From the IMG/VR virus record IMGVR_UViG_3300046010_008761, positions 1 through 26,038 of that record: DNA of 26,038 bases; one strand, written 5' to 3'. The position numbers were made by a program, and so were the translations under genes. Source of the DNA: a virus. Taxonomy: Duplodnaviria > Caudoviricetes. Positions 15,280 to 23,196 of this stretch are shown piece after piece. The notes beneath the pieces are model-generated. The model was given only the letters and a program-made list of their open reading frames with translations. It made no database searches and had not been told where the DNA came from. Every line of letters begins with the position of its first letter. Within the stretch, counting starts at the first letter, position 1.

Positions 15280-15703
15280 TACTAATAGGAGTCTTGCTAC
15301 CTTTCTTAGCTGCTGCCTTAGCTACTAGCTCAATACCTGACAGCTTACTGTAACCAGCAAAGATAGCAGCACGTTGTTCAGTACTGAGGATAGTAACTTG
15401 TGCAGGATCTTTAGCTAATGCTTTGTGAATTGTTATCATCTCATGCCTTACATCTGGTATTGATGATTCAATCTTACTGATAAGAGCTGCTAGTTGCTGC
15501 TCGATAGCTAGATCAAGATGATTAGCATAATTAGCAGGGCTATTAACCACAGCTTGCGAAGTAGTTGTTGTTGGTATTACTGGTTGATCTTGCTGCTCTT
15601 GCTGAATAGCCACAGCTTGCTCTAGGTGTTTAACCACTAAGCTGGCAGTTTGTACTATGGGCTGCTGAGTTGCTGGTTTCTTATTAGGAATTACGAAAGT
15701 CAT
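15263..15703 (-). CDS. hypothetical protein
   Basis: ATG 15703 follows GGAG and is preferred over 15733. Gln/Thr-rich N-terminus, helical C-terminal domain. Confidence 0.75.
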   Translation of the reverse strand: MTFVIPNKKPATQQPIVQTASLVVKHLEQAVAIQQEQQDQPVIPTTTTSQAVVNSPANYANHLDLAIEQQLAALISKIESSIPDVRHEMITIHKALAKDPAQVTILSTEQRAAIFAGYSKLSGIELVAKAAAKKGSKTPISIDMFE

Positions 15704-15725
15704 TTTATATTCTCCATTCTGGTTA

Positions 15726-16115
15726 CTATTCAAATCTGCTAATTGTCTTTACTGATTGGCTAAGCCTAGCATTGCTGCTTAGATGTTTATGATAGTCATC
15801 TTTACTTAGTAGCTTGATTACCATGCTATGTTTTATTGAATCATGTTTGCTATAAAAGTATAGCTGAGTGCCATATTCAAGCTGGCAAAATTCTGCAAAG
15901 TAGCTATCCTGTTTATGTAATCGGCCTAAGCTATCGCTGTATTGTTTATGGTGCTTATAGATTCTAGCATCTAGTTTGATTTCTAATTGCCTAGTATGCT
16001 TTAGTTCTTGCCACAACTCCAGGTATTTAGATTTACTTTTAAATGCTGTCAATAAGCTGGCTTTGTAGCTGCTATCATCAATAGCATCAATAGGAATTTC
16101 GGCGGATGATTGCAT
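15726..16115 (-). CDS. hypothetical protein
   Basis: 129 aa ORF after a terminator, AAGG RBS. Confidence 0.7.
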   Translation of the reverse strand: MQSSAEIPIDAIDDSSYKASLLTAFKSKSKYLELWQELKHTRQLEIKLDARIYKHHKQYSDSLGRLHKQDSYFAEFCQLEYGTQLYFYSKHDSIKHSMVIKLLSKDDYHKHLSSNARLSQSVKTISRFE

Positions 16116-16157
16116 GGCTTATGCCTTTATATGATTCTATTACTATATGGCGGGCAT

Positions 16158-16190
16158 AAAAAAGCCCCAAGGCTATAAAGCGCATGGGGC
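16158..16190 (-). terminator. Rho-independent terminator
   Basis: Minus strand GCCCCA...TGGGGC followed by TTTTTT. Confidence 0.8.
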
Positions 16191-16280
16191 ATGAGTTGCC
16201 ATTGCTGGCTTTCTTCGGTAGGTTACAACACAATCAAGCCTTTTTAGGTGGAAGGCTAACCACTTGGAACAGGATGCGAA

Positions 16281-16985
16281 TTATTCAAATTTGCCGATTA
16301 CTGATTCATTGCTTGGATTCAAATAATTATCAGCTTTACCTATCAAGTTTTCAGCGAAAGCGGCATATGCTGTTTGCAATTCAGGATTGATTCCAGCAAA
16401 CCATAAAGTAATACGGTCTTTAAATAGTTGAATAGTACGTTTGTCTGACTTGGTATTTTTAAAGCGGTTTTTAAATATTTCATCTGCTGATTTAACCAAA
16501 CCTTCACGGGATACTGGTGTACCGTCAGCCTTTTTGAAGTTAGCCACGCCAAAATCAACAAATGATTTAATGGTATCAGCTACTAATTCATCGCTAAATT
16601 GTTTACCGCCGCCACGTTGGGCAGGTTCAGTATAGGCCAGAGTCCACAAGTCTAGTTTGCTGGTATCCAAGTCGGCATCAGTAAGAACGTAGGCAATTTT
16701 CGCTTCCAAGTTATCGCCAAAAGATGCTAATTTTGCACCGATTTGTAGCTGGGCAGCTTTATATACTTGATCATTGTGCAAACGAGCCAAGTAATTCAAT
16801 AGCTTTTCTTTTCTTTCGTCGCTTTCAGTATCACTGAAAATAATATCAACAATGTTTTGTGCGCCGACTTCGGGAACAATGGTTGTTTCAAAGCTGGCGC
16901 GTTTTGGTTCGATTGTAACGCCATCCTTTTTGATTTCTTTGAAATGGAATTTTGTTACAGGGGCTTTAGTTTCTTGATTAGACAT
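16281..16985 (-). CDS. hypothetical protein, monocistronic, probably abundant
   Basis: 234 aa, AAGGA RBS, with its own promoter and terminator. Confidence 0.85.
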   Translation of the reverse strand: MSNQETKAPVTKFHFKEIKKDGVTIEPKRASFETTIVPEVGAQNIVDIIFSDTESDERKEKLLNYLARLHNDQVYKAAQLQIGAKLASFGDNLEAKIAYVLTDADLDTSKLDLWTLAYTEPAQRGGGKQFSDELVADTIKSFVDFGVANFKKADGTPVSREGLVKSADEIFKNRFKNTKSDKRTIQLFKDRITLWFAGINPELQTAYAAFAENLIGKADNYLNPSNESVIGKFE

Positions 16986-17065
16986 TTTAGATTCCTTAGC
17001 TGATTATCAGCTTTTTAGTGGTGAATTAGTTGGCTTGACTTAGTATTACTTATCAAGTGAAGCCA

Positions 17066-17093
17066 ACTATACAGCAATATTTTTGTTTGTCAA
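17066..17093 (-). promoter_or_regulatory. sigma70-type promoter
   Basis: TTGACA (17093-17088), 16 bp, TATAGT (17071-17066). Confidence 0.7.
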
Positions 17094-17103
17094 TAGGTTA
17101 TTT

Positions 17104-18870
17104 TTAGCTGCTGGTATTACTTGCTATCTTACCTTTAAAGTATTCTGCCTTCTCTGCTAGTGTATTACCTTTAATTTTTTGCTTAGTAATTCCCTTTATT
17201 AAGCTATCCTTTTCGCATACCATTACTAAAGTTTCACGCGCACGAGTTACAGCTGTATATAACAGCTCACGGCATAGCATGTTATTGTGGCTTTTATGGA
17301 ATAGCAAGAATACTTTACGCCACTCGCTGCCTTGTGACTTGTGAATAGTCATTGCATATGCAAGATCAAGAGCCAGTAATTCTCCTACTGTTTTTAGCTC
17401 TAGCTTTATGAATTCATCATTATGTGAATCGGTAAGTTCAATGGTTACAATATGGCTTGCTGCCAGTTTTGCGCCTTCCTCAATGCTATAGGTTGCATCC
17501 TCAATAAGTTTGTCTATATCTATGTCAGTATTTTGAATAAGCTTGAAAGCTTCATGTTCATTATGTCCGAAGTAATCTAAATGCTGGCTTGGGGCTTGGA
17601 ATTCTGAGCCTAGATAGGATTCATTAAGCCTTATATCAACTATTGTTGCATCCTGTTTATCATATATGACCTTATCACCTACTGAATAATATAGCTTATG
17701 GAATGATGCAATAATTTCATGGGTAATCCTGCCTTCTTTTCTGGCTATATGATTACCGATGTATTTATTAATAAGAGTGCAATTAAATTTTTTGTCAGTT
17801 TTATCATTTACTTGTGGGCATAAGATTATATCTGTATCAGGATTATAAGAGCCTGAATCATAACCAGCATAAAACATTTTGCAAGTTTCAAGCATGGCAT
17901 GTTCTGAATCTAGCTGCTTTGGATAGGGTATGATTTGCAGTTTTCCAGGTTCACAAAATGAAGCCATGTCAAATTGCATAATAGGTTTGCCTGATAGGAT
18001 TCTGTGTGCAAGTCTAATAATAGGCGATTCAAGAGCTTGCCGATATACTTCTGTTAGTTCGATTACTGGCAATTCTAGTAGCTTGTAACCTAAGATAGCA
18101 TGACCGAATACTGGTGGTAACTGATTAAGGTCACCAATGAATACATACTGACAGTTACTTGGTAATGCTTGGCGCAATTCCTCGAATAGTTCAACACTGA
18201 GCATACTGGCTTCATCAATAATGACAGTCTGGATATTGCTGCATAGGGGATTAAGCAGGTTTCTTTTCGGTTCAAATACTCTCTTATTTCGCATTTTGCC
18301 AGTTTCTTCATCCAATACTTCATAGAATACTGGGCTATATTCTAGGGCTTTATGAATGGTAATAGTGTTGGCTGCAATATCTAGCGGCATTTGCCTTTTA
18401 ATGTTTTGAACAGCACGACGTGTATAGCTGGTTACTAGCAATCCAGGCGCACCACTCTTGATATATTTGTGGCTTGCATCCTGAATATGCAGAACACTGC
18501 CAGATTGCAGCCTTGCCGCGATACCTGCTTGGGTGCATGTAGTTTTACCAGTACCGGCAGCACCAATTAGGACACAAGAAAGGCCATTGGCAAGTAAGCT
18601 GGCAAACTCATGTTGTCGGTCATTGAGTGCTATATCCTTTGAGCTACCGTCAGCATTCCATGCTGTAATTATGCGTGGTACTTGGTAGCTGGTAGGATTT
18701 ACTGCCAGTAAAGGCGCTGCATTATTAGGTGTAATGGTAGTTGGGCTTGCTGGGCTTGCTGGAATGGTCACAGGTGGAGCCGCTTCGCGGGGCTTGCTAG
18801 ATGGTATTACCAAACCGCCTATTGTTTGCTGATTAGCTGGTTTCTTATATTTGCTTAGGTCAAGAGCCAT
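17104..18870 (-). CDS. SF1B helicase, RecD2/Dda-like
   Basis: GAAGTGKT, IIDEASM, GDLNQLPPV, LTEVYRQ, AYAMTIHKSQGSEW, LYTAVTRAR. Start lies between 18870 and 18885. Confidence 0.93.
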   Translation of the reverse strand: MALDLSKYKKPANQQTIGGLVIPSSKPREAAPPVTIPASPASPTTITPNNAAPLLAVNPTSYQVPRIITAWNADGSSKDIALNDRQHEFASLLANGLSCVLIGAAGTGKTTCTQAGIAARLQSGSVLHIQDASHKYIKSGAPGLLVTSYTRRAVQNIKRQMPLDIAANTITIHKALEYSPVFYEVLDEETGKMRNKRVFEPKRNLLNPLCSNIQTVIIDEASMLSVELFEELRQALPSNCQYVFIGDLNQLPPVFGHAILGYKLLELPVIELTEVYRQALESPIIRLAHRILSGKPIMQFDMASFCEPGKLQIIPYPKQLDSEHAMLETCKMFYAGYDSGSYNPDTDIILCPQVNDKTDKKFNCTLINKYIGNHIARKEGRITHEIIASFHKLYYSVGDKVIYDKQDATIVDIRLNESYLGSEFQAPSQHLDYFGHNEHEAFKLIQNTDIDIDKLIEDATYSIEEGAKLAASHIVTIELTDSHNDEFIKLELKTVGELLALDLAYAMTIHKSQGSEWRKVFLLFHKSHNNMLCRELLYTAVTRARETLVMVCEKDSLIKGITKQKIKGNTLAEKAEYFKGKIASNTSS

Positions 18871-18912
18871 ATTGTTTAGCATCAAATTTGATTAGGTTAT
18901 AGGGTGATAGAT

Positions 18913-19101
18913 CTAGATTAATTTGCACTCATGTTGAATTATTCTAACTATTGATCTTATAGTAGGTAATCCAAAGCAATGATGTTTTGCATATACTTTT
19001 TCCATAGTATAAATGTAAAGCCTTAATTTTAAGTTGAGTGCTAAGTATCTTGCGAATCTAGCTCGTATATAGCTGTCTGGTTTTTTATTTTGCATATTCA
19101 T
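18913..19101 (-). CDS. small basic hypothetical protein
   Basis: 62 aa, GGGGA RBS. Confidence 0.6.
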   Translation of the reverse strand: MNMQNKKPDSYIRARFARYLALNLKLRLYIYTMEKVYAKHHCFGLPTIRSIVRIIQHECKLI

Positions 19102-19114
19102 AATATCCCCATAA

Positions 19115-19495
19115 TTAATAAATAAGCTTAATAAGAGCCACGCTTAATTCTAGCTCTTGACAAAGCCTGAATGATATTGCTATTTTTCTTGCTTTATAGC
19201 AATCAAGCAAATTATTATTGCTATCTTGAAAGATTACTTGGTAGCTGATTCCTTCACGTTCAATTAATGGTGGCTTGGAATCAAGAGCATTGGCTATCTG
19301 GCTGATAAAATGGCTTGGTGTCCAGTTTAAGAGATAAGCTCGAACGATACCGGCTTGCTTCAATGGTGCAATATTCCATTGATGATAGATTGCGCTGATA
19401 ATATCCAGCTTTGATTGATGTTCTATACTTTCATGCAGATAGCGATTGATTGTCACTGGTTTGGTTTGGTTGGTTTGGGCGGTTGATGGTTTCAT
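19115..19495 (-). CDS. hypothetical protein
   Basis: 126 aa, AGGT RBS. Confidence 0.7.
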   Translation of the reverse strand: MKPSTAQTNQTKPVTINRYLHESIEHQSKLDIISAIYHQWNIAPLKQAGIVRAYLLNWTPSHFISQIANALDSKPPLIEREGISYQVIFQDSNNNLLDCYKARKIAISFRLCQELELSVALIKLIY

Positions 19496-19551
19496 AATTA
19501 ATTACCTGAATCTGTTGGTTGCTCTGATTGCTTTGGTTGCTGCAATGTTGA

Positions 19552-20526
19552 CTATGCTGCCGCTGCCATGCTTGCCATTAAGCGCAATACTTCTGCATCA
19601 TAAGCCATTGCAGCAATGAATCCACTAGGACGCTCTCCAAGCTGGCTTATAGCTTGCTGCCTTAATTCTTGCTCTTTATCCTGTTCTGCTTGATTTTCCA
19701 GCATTGCCGCACCATAGGCATTATGCCCGCCCGATTCCAGCATTAGCTTAACTGCTTGATATGCTTTCCATATATGGATGTTATCCAGACTCAAACAGTC
19801 TGTAATGGTATCAAGTAGCTGATTGCATTGTTGGCTAGTAATGGGATTTTGTGGCTTAGATTCCAGTGTATGCACTAAGCCTGAATACTCTATTATATAG
19901 CGCATATGCTCACGTTCCTGCCTATCTTGCCAAGCCCTGCTTGGTATTGCATCAATCACATATCGGCTTAAGGCTTTAATATATCGGCTCGGTTTTCTAC
20001 TGCTGAATGCTGATAAGTGACTCAAAAAGTTAGCCTTTTCAGCGTCACGTTTCTCTTGATACTGCCTATAATAACCAGCATGGTAATCAGCAATAGCGGA
20101 TAGCCATAACTCACAGGATGTAACCATTATGGCAAGGTCAGAATTATTGCTAGCGTCAATTATGACTGTGGGGAAATGTGCTAATTGACTGGTGGGCCAT
20201 GATGGACAGGTTAGCGAAAAGGTTATGATTTCAACCAATAATGGCATTGCTTGGTTAATATTGCTTTCTTGCGATTGCAAATGCTGATTTAAAGGGGATG
20301 CTGCCGCTGCCCATGTTACTAGCTTAGTGGCATTGAAAATCGCAAGAGCTAAAAGGCGGGATTCTTGCTTGGATAGCTTTCCACGCTGCCAGCTTGCTTT
20401 ATAGATTCTTAATAGCTGACTAGCTGAAAGAGCAAATATTGGGTGTTGCCAGCTAGCTGCTATGGTTGGATGGGTGAATTGTGGTAAGGATGACTCCAAA
20501 CCTGATATTGTGCAATATAGTCTCAT
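19552..20526 (-). CDS. hypothetical helical early protein
   Basis: 324 aa, GAGA RBS, no recognisable catalytic motif. Confidence 0.8.
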   Translation of the reverse strand: MRLYCTISGLESSLPQFTHPTIAASWQHPIFALSASQLLRIYKASWQRGKLSKQESRLLALAIFNATKLVTWAAAASPLNQHLQSQESNINQAMPLLVEIITFSLTCPSWPTSQLAHFPTVIIDASNNSDLAIMVTSCELWLSAIADYHAGYYRQYQEKRDAEKANFLSHLSAFSSRKPSRYIKALSRYVIDAIPSRAWQDRQEREHMRYIIEYSGLVHTLESKPQNPITSQQCNQLLDTITDCLSLDNIHIWKAYQAVKLMLESGGHNAYGAAMLENQAEQDKEQELRQQAISQLGERPSGFIAAMAYDAEVLRLMASMAAAA

Positions 20527-20613
20527 AATGTTAGTCTCAATTGATATTAATGTTATTTTCTCAGCCTTGCAGGTTGCAGCACTTGACAGGGCCGCTACGC
20601 GGGCACCATCCTG

Positions 20614-20775
20614 TTATCCAGCTTGTAAGCTAAGAGCCTTATTGCAAGGCTGTCTGGCTGATAGCTCAAACCTATATCCAGCATTATGCAACCATATCAG
20701 GCCAGCCGTGCTAATGGCGTCATAGTCAAAATGACTGATTACCTTGCCTTGCTTGCTTATTAAGTCATATCTCAT
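20614..20775 (-). CDS. small hypothetical protein
   Basis: Probable start ATG 20775 (MRYDLISKQG...) after GGGGGA. Confidence 0.55.
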   Translation of the reverse strand: MRYDLISKQGKVISHFDYDAISTAGLIWLHNAGYRFELSARQPCNKALSLQAG

Positions 20776-20866
20776 TCTATCCCCCAATATGTAAGAGCGC
20801 ATCAATAAAAATAGCATGTATGGCAGCAATTGCTACCAACTCAATCAATGTTAATTCCAGAATCCT

Positions 20867-20897
20867 ATCATATATCATAAAAACCTCATTTTGTCAA
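20867..20897 (-). promoter_or_regulatory. possible sigma70 promoter
   Basis: TTGACA at 20897-20892, with TATATG (17 bp spacing) or TATGAT (19 bp) as an imperfect -10. Confidence 0.4.
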
Positions 20898-20930
20898 TTG
20901 TTAAAATTCAATCTCTTGTTAAAAGATTTA

Positions 20931-21326
20931 CGGGAAAGTGGCTATGTGTCCACAATGGCTAGTTGGCTATATGCCTATATTGTGCCTTTCATATCCTCAT
21001 TCCATAATACTAATAGCTCCCTCTCCTATCCTATCGCTAATAGCTCCCTAACACGTAATCCTTATACTGAGAATATCCCTCAATTACGAGGGATCGACCA
21101 CTTATATATATCCCCTCTCTTTTAAAAAGGTTATTAATAAAGATATAGTATCAGCCCTAGCTCTACTGAGGGAGCTATCAGTAATAGGTTGGTAGTGAGA
21201 GCTGGTGGTAATATGGGTAAATGGATGCATATTTGGGTCAGATATGGAGGCATCAACCATTCTGTACATGTAGCCACTTTGGCAAAAAAGCCATGTAGCC
21301 ATTTGAGCCATATAGCCATTTTCCCG
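20931..21326. repeat. nested inverted-repeat non-coding region, putative replication origin
   Basis: Outer IR 20931-20968 / 21289-21326 (30/38 match) built from TGGCT(A) units; inner IR 21008-21023 / 21168-21183 (15/16); direct repeat CTAATAGCTCCCT at 21010 and 21037; AT-rich core. Confidence 0.6.
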
Positions 21327-21338
21327 CCTAAGTAATGC

Positions 21339-21689
21339 TTATACTCTATATGCTCTTCTATCATCACCTACCTGTTCCATGCAAGCATCATAATAGTCCG
21401 CTATCAGTTTCAGCTCTTGCCTATCCTTAGCTGTTCCTGCAGCATAGCAATATAGCGTAGGGCGATATTTGCCACGAGCTTGCATAAGATCAAGCATGGA
21501 GCCAAAACAGCTATGCTTTCTAACTAGTTTATCAATCTTAGCTAGCATGTAGTCGGCTGGAAATAGTTTGCTAGCTTCATTCTGAGCTTGCAGGACTTCA
21601 ATAGGTGTAATGAATGTATAATCAATATGATTAAGAGTAGCCGCACAGATATTATATTGTAGGGATGATACTTGGATGCTGTTGTTCAT
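21339..21689 (-). CDS. hypothetical early protein
   Basis: Probable start ATG 21689 (MNNSIQV...) after GAGA. The track start at 21743 lies inside a hairpin. Confidence 0.7.
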   Translation of the reverse strand: MNNSIQVSSLQYNICAATLNHIDYTFITPIEVLQAQNEASKLFPADYMLAKIDKLVRKHSCFGSMLDLMQARGKYRPTLYCYAAGTAKDRQELKLIADYYDACMEQVGDDRRAYRV

Positions 21690-21727
21690 AATGATAGTCT
21701 CAATAATGGTAATGGATAAAAGAAAAA

Positions 21728-21743
21728 ATGACATCCTTGTCAT
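21728..21743 (-). promoter_or_regulatory. CsrA/RsmA-type GGA hairpin (copy 4) followed by a U-tract
   Basis: Minus strand ATGAC-AAGGAT-GTCAT followed by TTTTTCTTTT. Confidence 0.6.
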
Positions 21744-21751
21744 GTTGTGTA

Positions 21752-21982
21752 CTAAATAGCTCCTAATTTTCTAGCTTCTGCATAAATTATATTGCTTGCT
21801 TTTCTGGATGTAAGCCTAAGGCCATCATCAATTAACAGACTATAAACATGTCCGTCCTTTTCTAATGCCAGCTTTTCAGCTTCCGCCCTATCTTTAGTGG
21901 CTTGTTTTAAAATCTTATTGCCAATGCTCACAATATAAGCATGGCCTTTAATATGCTGTGCGGTAACAATAAATACTTTCAT
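21752..21982 (-). CDS. hypothetical protein, first gene of the leftward arm
   Basis: 76 aa, GAG RBS. Confidence 0.7.
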   Translation of the reverse strand: MKVFIVTAQHIKGHAYIVSIGNKILKQATKDRAEAEKLALEKDGHVYSLLIDDGLRLTSRKASNIIYAEARKLGAI

Positions 21983-22057
21983 AATAGACTCACTTGCTGG
22001 CTGTCCAGCTCTGTTAGTAGCTTGATGCTACATGTTAAAAGAAATAAAAGAGCCTTC

Positions 22058-22085
22058 ATTATAGTGTTGTCAATACCATCATCAA
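22058..22085 (-). promoter_or_regulatory. leftward early sigma70 promoter
   Basis: TTGATG (22085-22080), 16 bp, TATAAT (22063-22058). Confidence 0.55.
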
Positions 22086-22099
22086 CCTTTATTTATCAG

Positions 22100-22121
22100 A
22101 AATGTGAACTACTTCACAAAA
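22100..22121. promoter_or_regulatory. CRP-type binding site
   Basis: aaaTGTGA-actact-TCACAaaa has a perfect TGTGA-N6-TCACA core. Confidence 0.6.
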
Positions 22122-22323
22122 TACTAGCATCATCCTTATCATCATCAAGCTAATAGCACCCACCGGGGCGGAAGCCTTTTTAGTCCGTGGCGCGCTCCCC
22201 CTCCTATAGCATCCCAAAAATTTTCCTAAACTTTTCCAGCATCTTTATCCTTACTGTTATTAGTAATAGGTCTGAGATTAGGATTAATGGTAGGAGGTTT
22301 GGCAAATTAGGGGCCGCACACCC

Positions 22324-22351
22324 CTGGCAAGAGCTATTCCTTATATATAAT
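22324..22351 (+). promoter_or_regulatory. rightward promoter for packaging/structural genes
   Basis: CTGGCA, 16 bp, TATAAT (22346-22351), upstream of terS. The -35 is weak. Confidence 0.45.
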
Positions 22352-22396
22352 AGCAACATGCCCTGAAACAAGAATTAGCCAGAAAGGACACCAGCC

Positions 22397-22990
22397 ATGA
22401 ACCAGCCAGCCTCCCAAACCACTACAACCCCTGAATATGAAGGCATCCAAGGCCGAATTTGCAAATTACTCGGTCAAGGTATTGAAGCCCATAGAGTAGC
22501 CTCAGCTATAGGATGTGACCCCAGCTATATCAGCCAACTCCTATCAGATGATGCTTTCAAAGCTCAAGTGCAAGAATATAAGTTGGCTAATCTGACTGAG
22601 GCAACAGCCCGTGACCGCCGCTATGATGCTATTGAAGATAAGCTACTAAGCAAGATTGAAGGTGATATTGATAATAACCCACTGGCATTTAAGACCACCA
22701 CTGAGAAGGTCAGAAATCTGGTAGCTATTAATGGCCTCAAAAGAAGGGGTGCTAATGGCGATAGTCAGGTTGCAACAGTTAATCAGACTGTGGTACAATT
22801 AGTACTACCTACTCAGCTAATGCAGAGATATGTTAAGGATATCAATAACCAGATAGTGCAAGCAGGTGATAAGAACTTGCTAACAATGCAATCCTCTCAA
22901 TTGGAGGTAATAAGTAATGAACACGCAAACACAGATGATGAATACAAAATCCCAAGTCACAGACCAGGTAAGATTGCCTTCTATGAGTGA
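22397..22990 (+). CDS. terS: terminase small subunit (putative)
   Basis: N-terminal HTH (VASAIGCDPSYISQLL), helical middle, upstream of terL, AAGGA RBS. Confidence 0.65.
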   Translation: MNQPASQTTTTPEYEGIQGRICKLLGQGIEAHRVASAIGCDPSYISQLLSDDAFKAQVQEYKLANLTEATARDRRYDAIEDKLLSKIEGDIDNNPLAFKTTTEKVRNLVAINGLKRRGANGDSQVATVNQTVVQLVLPTQLMQRYVKDINNQIVQAGDKNLLTMQSSQLEVISNEHANTDDEYKIPSHRPGKIAFYE

Positions 22991-23087
22991 GAGCAATAGC
23001 CGTAAAGCTGCTAGCAATCCTGCTACTAAAGCTGCTAACAATGCTGCATTGGCTATGCTGATGGCAATGAGAGCGCAATATGTATAG
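22917..23087 (+). CDS. 56 aa hypothetical protein overlapping the terS 3' end (not in ORF track)
   Basis: GGAGGT RBS inside terS; MNTQTQMMNTKSQVTDQVRLPSMSESNSRKAASNPATKAANNAALAMLMAMRAQYV. Confidence 0.5.
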   Translation: MNTQTQMMNTKSQVTDQVRLPSMSESNSRKAASNPATKAANNAALAMLMAMRAQYV

Positions 23088-23190
23088 CTTCATAGCAGGA
23101 ATGGTTGCGGCTGCATCTCACCTCATTGCCGAATTCTTAGCCATAATCTCAGTAGTCGGTTCCATGATAGTGCTGAGAATAAGAGGATAG
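23080..23190 (+). CDS. 36 aa hydrophobic (membrane) peptide (not in ORF track)
   Basis: MYSFIAGMVAAASHLIAEFLAIISVVGSMIVLRIRG. ATGTATAG overlap with the previous ORF; ends at the terL RBS. Confidence 0.45.
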   Translation: MYSFIAGMVAAASHLIAEFLAIISVVGSMIVLRIRG

Positions 23191-23196
23191 CCGCCA

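Noticed and set aside
16268-16277. AACAGGATGC as another CsrA site
   Set aside because: Antisense to local transcription and lacks a convincing stem.
19457-19491. GGTTT/GGTT short tandem repeats
   Set aside because: Encode the Thr/Gln/Asn/Pro-rich N-terminus of ORF 19115-19495.
20820-21367. ORFs 20820-21125, 21102-21311 and 21134-21367
   Set aside because: They overlap each other and the inverted-repeat element and lack convincing RBSs or protein features; more likely non-coding.
22058-22073. TTGACA and TATAAT on the - strand as one promoter
   Set aside because: Only 4 bp apart, so they cannot form a single sigma70 promoter; TATAAT was paired with TTGATG instead.
16236-22183. AAGCCTTTTTAG repeated at 16236 and 22172
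   Set aside because: Only two copies of a low-complexity 12-mer; expected by chance in 26 kb.
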